Positions 56,867 through 64,000 of a stretch of 64,000 bases of DNA are shown here, piece after piece. The DNA is from Escherichia phage vB_EcoM_005. The notes under the pieces are model-generated. The model searched no databases. It was not told the origin of the DNA and saw nothing but the letters and a program-made list of their open reading frames with translations. The stretch lies in sequence record MK295203. The stretch is one strand, 5' to 3'. A program made the position numbers and the translations under genes. Positions within the stretch are counted from its first letter, which is position 1; every line of letters starts with the position of its first letter.

Positions 56867-57032
56867 GATTTCTGTATTCGAGTTATTCGAAGAATATGAA
56901 ATCGTATCAAAAGACCAAGAAGCTATCCATATTATTGCTGGTGATGGTGTGACTTGGATTATTCCACTGTACCACGAAGATACCTATGAAGTCACTGATG
57001 CAAATGGTGATAAAGCTATTTTCGTAATATAA
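56841..57032 (+). CDS. hypothetical protein
   Basis: 63 aa. Confidence 0.4.
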   Translation: MSAMCTGSKISVFELFEEYEIVSKDQEAIHIIAGDGVTWIIPLYHEDTYEVTDANGDKAIFVI

Positions 57033-57048
57033 ATAAGGCCAGGAGCCT

Positions 57049-57210
57049 ATGAAATCTTTTAAAGAAGTTATGAACGAAGATATGGTCGCAGGCGATGCAG
57101 GTGGTAATCCTACTGCTATTGCCTCCGGAACTACCTCAGGCGCAGTCGTCAACAAAGGGCCTGAACAAATCCCATCTAAAAAGCGTAAAGAAAAATCCGA
57201 AAACGAATGA
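57049..57210 (+). CDS. hypothetical small protein
   Basis: 53-aa ORF after SD aggag; in same frame as the downstream endonuclease fragment, separated by a single TGA. Confidence 0.35.
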   Translation: MKSFKEVMNEDMVAGDAGGNPTAIASGTTSGAVVNKGPEQIPSKKRKEKSENE

Positions 57211-57246
57211 TATAATGGCTCTATTAATTTAGAGTATGATAAGTAC

Positions 57247-57777
57247 ATGGGTTCAGGAGGGCCTTTAAGTAGGGCAAAGGAAAAATACGGGCTGGAAAAT
57301 TTCGAAAGAGAAATTCTAGAGTTTTTCCCTAATGAAGACCTAATGAACGAAGCTGAGGCAGCTATAGTAACTAAAGAATTTATTAAAAGACCCGATGTTT
57401 ATAATGCTGTGCCGGGCGGCAGAAGTTTTAGAGTAGGCCCGACGGAAAATTATGATTCTAAACGGCATTCAGAAGTCCAGATAAAAAGCTGGGATAATCC
57501 TGAAAAAAGGGCCAAGCAAGCCAAAACTATAAAAGCTATCGCATGGAAAGAATGGGATAATTTAGAGGAAGTAAAAATCCGACATAAAGAATCCTGCAGT
57601 AAAGCACAAAGAAAACATAAAGCCTGGAAAGATTATAATGTATTAAAAGAGATTTGGGTTAAATTAGGAAAACCTGGATACGGTAGGTTTAATAATGAAT
57701 TAATTAAGCTTGGTTACGAAAAAAGAAATTACCAAAGAATGGTAGATGCTTTTAATAAAGAGGAAGAACTAGTATGA
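57247..57777 (+). pseudogene. GIY-YIG homing endonuclease, N-terminally truncated
   Basis: begins at the YIG half (KYMGSGG...GLENFEREILEFF) with no GIY strand upstream; C-terminal module shared with the two HNH endonucleases. Confidence 0.5.
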
Positions 57778-58041
57778 GTTTTGTAGACAGAGAATTTGCT
57801 TTAAGAGCTTTTCAAACACTGCCAAAATTTAGACAAGTTACCGGAAGCGATTTTAAGCTTAACGCAAGGTGCCCTATTTGTGGTGACTCACAGAAAGACG
57901 AACATAAAGCTCGTTTTTGGGCTTATCCTGTGAATGATGGTGGCATTATGTTGCACTGCTTCAATTGCGATGCTAGTTTAGGAATTAAGAAGTATCTATA
58001 CGAATACGAGCCTGATTTATATCGTTAAGATGCCTGTCATC

Positions 58042-58245
58042 GAAAAGCTTAATTTCTGTGAACGATTAGATAGAATGCCAAACGACCATCCTATTATCAA
58101 ATATGTGACACTACGTTGCATTCCTGAAAACAAATGGAATCGTGAAAAGCTTAATTTCTGTGAACGATTAGATAGAATGCCAAAGGACCATCCTATTATC
58201 AAATATGTAACACTACGTTGCATTCCTGAAAACAAATGGAATCGC
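58042..58245 (+). repeat. tandem duplication, 2 x 102 bp (in-frame, 34 codons)
   Basis: 58042-58143 and 58144-58245 differ at ~3 positions. Confidence 0.9.
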
Positions 58246-58248
58246 TTA

Positions 58249-58597
58249 TGGTTTACTAAAGAATGGCCGGCATTGGTGAACTCTGTCAATCCAGGGACCT
58301 ATTCTAAATTGAAATGCCTGAGCCTCGTTTGGTTATTCCAATTTTCAATAAGAATAAACAAATTGAAAGTTTTCAGGGTCGAGCCTTACGTAAAGATGCT
58401 CCACAAAAATATATTACAATACGTTGTGGTTTACTAAAGAATGGCCGGCATTAGTTAACTCTGTGAATCCAGGGACCTATTCTAAAGAAATGCCTGAACC
58501 TCGTTTGGTTATTCCAATTTTCAATAAGAATAAACAAATTGAAAGTTTTCAGGGTCGAGCCTTACGTAAAGATGCTCCACAAAAATATATTACAATA
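58249..58597 (+). repeat. tandem duplication, 2 x ~172 bp, copies differ by a 2-nt indel
   Basis: 58249-58421 and 58427-58597; first copy has ctaaattgaaatg vs ctaaagaaatg. Confidence 0.9.
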
Positions 58598-58693
58598 AGT
58601 TGGTGTGGGTAATGGAAGGCCCTATTGACTCTTTGTTTGTTCCGAATGCAATAGCAATTACTGGCGGGTCGTTGGACTTGGCTATGGTTCCAT

Positions 58694-58788
58694 GTAAAGA
58701 AACTCGTGCCTGGGTAATGGACAATGAACCCCGCCATCCGTTGTAAAGAAACACGTGCCTGGGTAATGGACAATGAACCCCGCCATCC
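58694..58788 (+). repeat. tandem duplication, 2 x 46 bp with 49-bp period (frameshifting)
   Basis: gtaaagaaac(t/a)cgtgcctgggtaatggacaatgaaccccgccatcc at 58694 and 58743. Confidence 0.9.
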
Positions 58789-58817
58789 TGACACAATTAA
58801 GCGTATGCAACGATTAG

Positions 58818-59471
58818 TTGATGCTGGCGAAAGGGTTCTATTCTGGGACAAGAGGAAAATTAAGAGGTTCTAAGCGGTCTTTATCATATTATACGGAAGA
58901 ACACCATGTTATACCTAGATGTATGAATGGTTCTGATGATAAAAACAATTTAGTTGCTTTATTGCCAAGAGAACACTTTGTAGCTCATAGGCTTTTAACA
59001 AAAATATATCCCGAAGTAAAAGGTCTACATTATGCTGTTAATTTAATGAGATATAATAAAGGAGTTAAATTAACTAGTAGAACTATAGCCACGTTAAGAG
59101 AAAATAACGCTAAAGCATTTTCAGGAAAAAATAACCCGATGTTTGGTAAACCTTCCTGGATTAGAGGGATGAAAACTCCTGAAGAAACTAAAGCCAAAAT
59201 GCGCCTGGCTCATAAAGATAAAATTATATCTGATGAAGCCAAGGCCAATATGAGTAAAGCTAGAAAAGGAAGATTTAGTGGTAAAGATTCCCCTAGATAT
59301 GGTTTGCCAAATCCTAGGCGTGGAGAAATATGGAATAGTTACGATATGCTTTATGAATTATGGGTTTACAATAATAAACCTAAACGCACCAAATTTAATA
59401 AAATAGCTGTTGATAATGGATATCCTGATATTTGTTATCGACGAATGATAGAAAACTTTAATAGGAAATAA
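58818..59471 (+). CDS. HNH homing endonuclease (Mob-like); 5' end uncertain
   Basis: HNH motif EEHHVIPRCMNGSDDKNNLVALLPREHFVAH; NUMOD-like repeats; track ORF start overlaps primase-derived sequence. Confidence 0.65.
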   Translation: MMLAKGFYSGTRGKLRGSKRSLSYYTEEHHVIPRCMNGSDDKNNLVALLPREHFVAHRLLTKIYPEVKGLHYAVNLMRYNKGVKLTSRTIATLRENNAKAFSGKNNPMFGKPSWIRGMKTPEETKAKMRLAHKDKIISDEAKANMSKARKGRFSGKDSPRYGLPNPRRGEIWNSYDMLYELWVYNNKPKRTKFNKIAVDNGYPDICYRRMIENFNRK

Positions 59472-59475
59472 TATA

Positions 59476-59613
59476 ATGGCATTTTTTAACGAATGTAGTG
59501 GTTTGATTTCTGGTGTTGATAAAGCTGAGGAAGCTTATTTTAATGCTCTGATTCACGAAGATAATTTATTTATTCGCTTTAATCTAACAGTTTATAATTA
59601 TCTAACTTATTAA
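59476..59613 (+). pseudogene. dCTPase (gene 56) N-terminal fragment
   Basis: MAFFNECSGLISGVDKAEEAYFNALIHED then unrelated tail; 54 nt identical to the start of the next copy. Confidence 0.6.
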
Positions 59614-59636
59614 TGAATTGAAAAAGGAAAAATATA

Positions 59637-60056
59637 ATGGCACACTTTAACGAATGCGCAAACCTGATTGCTGGTGTTGATAAAGCTGAGGAAGCTTATT
59701 TTAATGCTCTGATTCACGAAGATAAGGACCCTCTGCAGGTTATGTTGCGTGAACAGAAAGATTGTATTGACGATGAATTCCGTGAACTTCTGACTTCCCT
59801 CGGTGAAATGTCTAAAGGTGAGAAAGATGCATCTGCTGTATGGAAAAAATGGAAAGCCCGTTACCCGGAAGCACAAGCCAAACCTATTTCAGAAATGTCT
59901 CCTGAAGACCAGCTTGAAATTAAATTTGAACTCATTGATATTATGCACTTCGTATTCAATATGGCTATTGGCTTGAATATGTCGGCTGAAGAAATGTTTA
60001 AACTTTATTACCTGAAAAATAAACACAACTTTGAACGCCAGGACAATGGATATTAA
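59637..60056 (+). CDS. 56: dCTP pyrophosphatase gp56 copy A (MazG-like), apparently lacking a middle segment
   Basis: MAHFNECA..I.GVDKA...DPLQVML then REQKDCIDDEFRELLTSLGEMS.GEK.ASAVWKKWKARY...EMSPEDQLEIKFEL.D..HFV.NM..GL.M.AEE.FKLYYLKNK.NF.RQD.GY, matching recalled T4 gp56 ends. Confidence 0.75.
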   Translation: MAHFNECANLIAGVDKAEEAYFNALIHEDKDPLQVMLREQKDCIDDEFRELLTSLGEMSKGEKDASAVWKKWKARYPEAQAKPISEMSPEDQLEIKFELIDIMHFVFNMAIGLNMSAEEMFKLYYLKNKHNFERQDNGY

Positions 60057-60106
60057 TTTCAAATCCGTTCTTAAAGAAAAGTTCCCGCAATGGGAACTTT
60101 TAGAAG
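60008..60106 (+). repeat. 99-bp direct repeat, copy 1 (3' end of dCTPase copy A plus junction)
   Basis: identical to 60430-60528. Confidence 0.9.
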
Positions 60107-60480
60107 ATAAACCTGAATATAACCGTCATCCTGATGACTTGGCTACTGCAGGTGAAGTTGTTGATTGGTTGCGCAATCAGAAAGATTATATTGATGATGA
60201 ATTCCGCGAACTTCTGACTTCTCTTGGTGGCATGAGCAATGGCGAAAAAGATGCGAGCGCTGTATGGAAGCCTTGGAAAGCTCAACATGCTGAACGTCGT
60301 GAAACCCTGATTAACGATTTGTCTCCTGAAGACCAGCTCGAAATTAAATTCGAAATGATTGATATTCTGCACTTTGTTCTGAATATGTTCCAAGGTCTTG
60401 GACTGACTGCTGAAGAAATCTTTAAACTGTATTACCTGAAAAATAAACACAACTTTGAACGCCAGGACAATGGATATTAA
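60046..60480 (+). CDS. dCTP pyrophosphatase gp56 copy B (diverged paralog/allele), lacking the N-terminal segment
   Basis: YNRHPDDLATAGEVVDWLRNQKDYIDDEFRELLTSLG... ; ~75 percent nt identity to copy A body, identical 99-bp 3' end. Confidence 0.7.
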   Translation: MDINFKSVLKEKFPQWELLEDKPEYNRHPDDLATAGEVVDWLRNQKDYIDDEFRELLTSLGGMSNGEKDASAVWKPWKAQHAERRETLINDLSPEDQLEIKFEMIDILHFVLNMFQGLGLTAEEIFKLYYLKNKHNFERQDNGY

Positions 60481-60528
60481 TTTCAAATCCGTTCTTAAAG
60501 AAAAGTTCCCGCAATGGGAACTTTTAGA
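60430..60528 (+). repeat. 99-bp direct repeat, copy 2
   Basis: identical to 60008-60106; runs into the start of the HNH ORF. Confidence 0.9.
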
Positions 60529-61311
60529 GGTCATGATTACTTAAAAATTATAGATAAGTATAAACTAAACGTCCATACCAAATCTAAAACTGAAGCTCAT
60601 CATATACTTCCGAAGTGTGCATTTCCAGAATACAGCGATTTTAAAATCTCTCCTTGGAATAGGGTGTATCTTCCTATATACCAACACATATATGTTCATT
60701 ATCTTTTGTGCTCAACTAAGGTGTCGGGTTTGCTTAATGCATTCCAGAGAATGACACTAACAAATAGTGCCCAGTTTAAGAAGCTTTCTGATTTAGAGAA
60801 AGACCTTACTATTAAGTTATGGGCCGATAAACGTGGGGAGTGGATAGAGCAAGACATTCTCCGTAAAAGAAAATCCTTTATGTATTCTAATTTTGATTTC
60901 TGGTATAATGACTGGATTTCGCGGGATATGCCTCGCTATCGAAGATATTGGGGAGTTTTGGTTGAAGAAAATAATCCGGAAGTTTTAGGTACCCACAAAA
61001 ATAGTTTATTGACAGTGGTAAAAGATTTTTGTTTGAGATACGCAGAAGAACATAATTTATCTGAAGAAGAAGTTTTGAGTCTTCAAAAATTAAAACAGTC
61101 TTCAGAAAAAGCTTTAAAAGATAAAGGAAAAACTTTAAGTAAAACTGCTAGAGGCAATCAACTCAAATGGAATTATGAAACTGAGCTTAGGAATTTATGG
61201 ATTGCTAATAACAAACCAAAATATGTGAATTTCAGAAAGCTAGTGGTTAGCTTAGGCTACCCGGATGAAAATTATATAAACATGATAAAGAGGTTTGAAA
61301 ATGGGTTCTGA
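60514..61311 (+). CDS. HNH homing endonuclease (Mob-like)
   Basis: HNH motif EAHHILPKC...NRVYLPIYQHIYVHY; C-terminal module similar to the 58818 endonuclease; ATG lies inside the 99-bp repeat. Confidence 0.65.
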   Translation: MGTFRGHDYLKIIDKYKLNVHTKSKTEAHHILPKCAFPEYSDFKISPWNRVYLPIYQHIYVHYLLCSTKVSGLLNAFQRMTLTNSAQFKKLSDLEKDLTIKLWADKRGEWIEQDILRKRKSFMYSNFDFWYNDWISRDMPRYRRYWGVLVEENNPEVLGTHKNSLLTVVKDFCLRYAEEHNLSEEEVLSLQKLKQSSEKALKDKGKTLSKTARGNQLKWNYETELRNLWIANNKPKYVNFRKLVVSLGYPDENYINMIKRFENGF

Positions 61312-61456
61312 GATGTTGCTTTGGGCCATAGTCTTCCTTTTATTCTTAATTGGGTTGGGGATTTATAGAATTACTGGCCTATTAGAACGACAGTTTAAAG
61401 ATGGCCAGTAATTAAGTTATAAATACACCTGTAATTAAACAACAAAGGAGTTAATT

Positions 61457-61690
61457 ATGGGTGGTTTCGTTAATATCAAAACCTTTACGCATCCGGCCGG
61501 TGAAGGTAAAGAAGTTAAAGGTACCGAGGTTTCTGTCCCGTTTGAGATTTATTCAAACGAGCACCGTATTGCAGACTCTCATTATCAGACTTTCCCTTCA
61601 GCCGTTGCAGCCTACTCAACCGTAGTGACTGATGCTGCTGACTGGAAGACCAAAAACGCGGCGATGTTTACGCCAACTGATATTGTTTAA
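61457..61690 (+). CDS. soc: small outer capsid protein Soc
   Basis: GFVNIKTF....G.KEVKGTEVSVPFEIYSNEHRIADSHYQTFPSAVAAYSTV matches recalled T4 Soc (YVNIKTF...AHYQTFPSEKAAYSTV). Confidence 0.8.
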   Translation: MGGFVNIKTFTHPAGEGKEVKGTEVSVPFEIYSNEHRIADSHYQTFPSAVAAYSTVVTDAADWKTKNAAMFTPTDIV

Positions 61691-61693
61691 TTA

Positions 61694-61720
61694 TAAGGAA
61701 CCTTCGGGTTCCTTTTTTTG
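61694..61720 (+). terminator. rho-independent terminator
   Basis: aaggaaccttcgggttcctt + TTTTTTT. Confidence 0.8.
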
Positions 61721-61729
61721 GTTTTAAGG

Positions 61730-61759
61730 GTTTACTTTTTAGGAAGGTTGTGTTAAGAT
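61730..61759 (+). promoter_or_regulatory. T4-type early promoter (weaker -10 TAAGAT)
   Basis: GTTTACtttttaggaaggttgtgtTAAGAT. Confidence 0.45.
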
Positions 61760-61785
61760 GGTATTATCTTATAGAGGAGAACACT

Positions 61786-61995
61786 ATGTTAAATCGTTGG
61801 ATTAAACCAAATAAAACTTTGGATGAAATTATCGCTAATCATGTATTGAAAAAGTACTTTTATACTCCTTGGTATACCGAAGTTATTGTCCATTCATTTA
61901 TGATGCATGAAGACGGTTCTATCGAATTTAATGCCGAAATCCGTCACGAGACTGATGATATTGATAAGGTTGAATTTAAACGAGGTTTCTTATGA
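61786..61995 (+). CDS. hypothetical protein
   Basis: 69 aa from ATG after gaggaga SD. Confidence 0.45.
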   Translation: MLNRWIKPNKTLDEIIANHVLKKYFYTPWYTEVIVHSFMMHEDGSIEFNAEIRHETDDIDKVEFKRGFL

Positions 61996-62321
61996 TTCGT
62001 TGGCTTAAGAATTTTTTCAAGATTACCCCTGGCGAAGGGCCGGTTCCTATTAGTCCATCAGACGTTAAGTTAAGGGAATATGTTTATGTGGGCGATGGTA
62101 TGATGGAAGAAGTTATCCGTCAACCTGAAAAAGCCGGTAATGTAGGCCCGGGTGCCCTTCCTTTGAATTCTAAAAAGTTTAAAGAGCATCTAGAAGCTCG
62201 TCGCACAAGCCATATTGATACTACTCCTATTATGGTTGCGGCTGCTGTCAGTTCTTGGACCGGTGATTCGTCTTATTCTGACTCAGGAAGCTGTGGCTCA
62301 TCGTCCGGCTCGTGTGATTAA
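61992..62321 (+). CDS. hypothetical protein
   Basis: 109 aa, Ser/Gly/Cys-rich C-terminus. Confidence 0.45.
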   Translation: MIRWLKNFFKITPGEGPVPISPSDVKLREYVYVGDGMMEEVIRQPEKAGNVGPGALPLNSKKFKEHLEARRTSHIDTTPIMVAAAVSSWTGDSSYSDSGSCGSSSGSCD

Positions 62322-62521
62322 TGAAACCTTTATCATGGCTTAAAGATTGGCTAGACCGTCCTGGCGATTATCTTGATGACGGGTGGTTAGACCAAGCCAA
62401 TGCAGAAATGAAACGTGACTCCGAAGAATGGATTCTTAAAGGTATCCGTGAAGAACGTGAAAAGAAATTAGAACGCGAAGCCCTTAGGATTATGCGTGAT
62501 ATCTATGGGGATAAATCATGA
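62321..62521 (+). CDS. hypothetical protein
   Basis: 66 aa. Confidence 0.4.
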   Translation: MKPLSWLKDWLDRPGDYLDDGWLDQANAEMKRDSEEWILKGIREEREKKLEREALRIMRDIYGDKS

Positions 62522-62671
62522 CTATTAAAGAGGCTGAAGAACGTGCTAAAGAGGCATTGGATTTGCTTCTTAAAATCGGTAGTAAAATGATGGAAGAAAA
62601 CGAGAAATACATCCAAGAAAATAAAATTCCGGATGGCCCTTTAGTAGGTAAACTAAGAAGAGGAAAACATA

Positions 62672-63064
62672 ATGAAAGTCTATGAACTAGAATTCTTTGT
62701 TCGTGATTCTGCCAGACAAACACGTCCTTATGATGCTACGCCGTGTCTTATCCTTGTCGATAATGGTACGAATTCTATAACCCAGTTAGAAACACGATTA
62801 AAAGATATTTGTTATCGTTATCCGGCAGACCCATATACCGAAGGAACAATGGACCTTTTCTATAAAGATACCGATAGAATGTCCAATGAACGTCTTAAAG
62901 GCCGTACTTATCTGATTTCCGCTACCGAAGACCTTACTGAAGTCGAACGTCAGATTTGGAAACACTTTGATATTGGATTGCGCTTTACCATGACTGAAGA
63001 CGCTATTTTTGATGCTAAGGTACGAGCTCGTATGTACGAATACGGTCCTATCGGTGGTTACTAA
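62672..63064 (+). CDS. hypothetical protein
   Basis: 130 aa, SD gaagagga. Confidence 0.5.
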   Translation: MKVYELEFFVRDSARQTRPYDATPCLILVDNGTNSITQLETRLKDICYRYPADPYTEGTMDLFYKDTDRMSNERLKGRTYLISATEDLTEVERQIWKHFDIGLRFTMTEDAIFDAKVRARMYEYGPIGGY

Positions 63065-63252
63065 TGGACTTATTTGATATGTTTGTCATTCCGGACCCTG
63101 AGCCTGAAACAACTCAGGAGCCGCCTGTTGACCTTGTCAACGAACTTGATATTATTATACAGAAGCATGGTTTTAAGTTGCCTAAAGATGCTCTTAGCGA
63201 CCTAGCTTCTTATTACTTAGACCCTCCACCCTGGGCCCCTTGGGTAAAATAA
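63064..63252 (+). CDS. hypothetical acidic protein
   Basis: 62 aa. Confidence 0.4.
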   Translation: MDLFDMFVIPDPEPETTQEPPVDLVNELDIIIQKHGFKLPKDALSDLASYYLDPPPWAPWVK

Positions 63253-63254
63253 AG

Positions 63255-63283
63255 TTTTACACCTCCTCCCTTCATGTTATAAT
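63255..63283 (+). promoter_or_regulatory. T4-type early promoter with inverted repeat (acctcc / ggaggt)
   Basis: TTTTACacctcctcccttcatgtTATAATgacctctaaatcactggaggt. Confidence 0.6.
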
Positions 63284-63307
63284 GACCTCTAAATCACTGG
63301 AGGTCAT

Positions 63308-63877
63308 ATGAACATCGAACAAAAATGTCTTTATCAAGACCGAATCAATTCCAAATTCTCAAAACACGAACAGAATCTTTTAGAAAAATGTCTGGATGCT
63401 AAAAAGGACCCTAACTTCCATTACGACCTTGATAAGCTAGTTCGTAAGCATGTTACTTCAGCGGTTCCGGTAGAGCTTTATCGTGGGATTACCCCTATGG
63501 AACTTGAGCAACTTGAAGTTCTTTCTGTTGGGTGTCAGTGGTCTCCTGGCCGGGTTACTTCTTTTAGTACACAATACTCTCAGGCTCGTCAGTTCGCAGG
63601 GGCATGGGAATATGGAACCAGAACCATTTTAAGTCTCAGGAATGCTCCATTCATTTTTGACTACTATAACCATGCTATCGACCTTGTTCTTGCAGGGAAT
63701 GTGGATGAGCTTGAAATAGATGAAACCCGTATCGACCTCTACGATATGGTAGAAACTGAATGTGAGTTCATGGTCTCTAGCCTATCACGATTTGAGATTG
63801 TTGAAATCGAAACCATCAAAAGAGACCCGTACGAAATCGAGTACAAAACAATTCATTTAAAAATGTTGAATTTTTAG
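63308..63877 (+). CDS. ADP-ribosyltransferase, ModA/ModB-like (R-S-E class)
   Basis: candidate catalytic triad elements LYRG (Arg), SFSTQ (Ser-x-Ser) and ETECEF (E-x-E); 189 aa; located after soc as mod genes in T4. Confidence 0.55.
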   Translation: MNIEQKCLYQDRINSKFSKHEQNLLEKCLDAKKDPNFHYDLDKLVRKHVTSAVPVELYRGITPMELEQLEVLSVGCQWSPGRVTSFSTQYSQARQFAGAWEYGTRTILSLRNAPFIFDYYNHAIDLVLAGNVDELEIDETRIDLYDMVETECEFMVSSLSRFEIVEIETIKRDPYEIEYKTIHLKMLNF

Positions 63878-63906
63878 TTTACAGGCAAGGAAGCTTGTGG
63901 TACTAT
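63877..63906 (+). promoter_or_regulatory. T4-type early promoter
   Basis: GTTTACaggcaaggaagcttgtggTACTATctttctatcaa. Confidence 0.6.
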
Positions 63907-63931
63907 CTTTCTATCAACTGAGGAGAATAAT

Positions 63932-64000
63932 ATGTTATATCCAAGCCATAAATTAGCAGAATTTATCAACAACGCCAAATGCGACGATTTCCGTGAGAAT
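63932..64000 (+). CDS. start of next gene (partial, runs off window)
   Basis: SD gaggag then ATG; 23 codons visible. Confidence 0.4.
   Translation, partial: MLYPSHKLAEFINNAKCDDFREN

Larger units (their letters stand above)
57774..58860 (+). pseudogene. 61: DNA primase gp61, fragmented by tandem duplications and truncated at the 3' end
   Basis: zinc ribbon CPICGDS...HCFNC, then DHPIIKYV..RCIPENKW, WFTKEWPALVNS..PGTYSKE.PEPRLVIPIF, EGPIDSLF, WV.DNEPRHPDTIKRM..LVDAGERV.FWDK all match recalled T4 gp61 but in different frames. Confidence 0.8.

Noticed and set aside
58042-58788. Tandem repeats in the primase region as a possible CRISPR array
   Set aside because: Repeat units are 46-172 bp copies of primase coding sequence placed head-to-tail with no unique spacers of uniform length; they are duplications, not a repeat-spacer array.

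Overview
This window reads as a T4-like (Tevenvirinae) myovirus segment, with every gene I can support on the + strand and the order syntenic with T4 from gene 4 through the mod genes: 4-2-3-1-57A-57B, internal-protein (IP) genes, two tRNAs, nudE-e-ipIII-ipII-denV, regB, tk, a truncated nrdC remnant, 55, 47-46-rpbA-45-44-62-regA-43-imm, 42, uvsX-40-41, dmd-sp-61-56, soc and a ModA/ModB-like ADP-ribosyltransferase. Assignments rest on recalled T4 protein sequences, motifs and synteny; no database search was possible. The DNA polymerase is closest to my recollection of RB69. Neither T4 glucosyltransferase (a-gt, b-gt) is recognisable, yet dCMP hydroxymethylase, dCTPase and dNMP kinase are present. 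Most interesting is a cluster at 47683-51758: a sugar-1-phosphate nucleotidyltransferase fused to a kinase, a HAD phosphatase, a P-loop kinase, gene 42 and an unassigned 264-aa protein sitting in the b-gt slot. I read this as a candidate pathway for a non-glucose decoration of hydroxymethylcytosine, possibly arabinose as in RB69-like phages; I cannot tell from sequence whether it is already described. Other notable points: a translationally coupled tandem array of five small paralogs ending W-[VFY]-[STP]-S-S-x-x-C (8829-10071); six IP-like genes carrying the MKTYQEFITEA capsid-targeting sequence; a GIY-YIG module fused in-frame to clamp loader gp44; a Pol-beta-type nucleotidyltransferase plus ATPase pair; a Macro-domain protein; about twenty early promoters of GTTTAC/TACTAT type, many with embedded inverted repeats, several paired with terminators; and a rearranged 53.4-61.3 kb region where helicase 41 carries two 1-nt insertions, primase 61 carries three tandem duplications, and dCTPase 56 is a mosaic partial duplication flanked by HNH endonucleases. 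That last region may reflect assembly error as much as biology.
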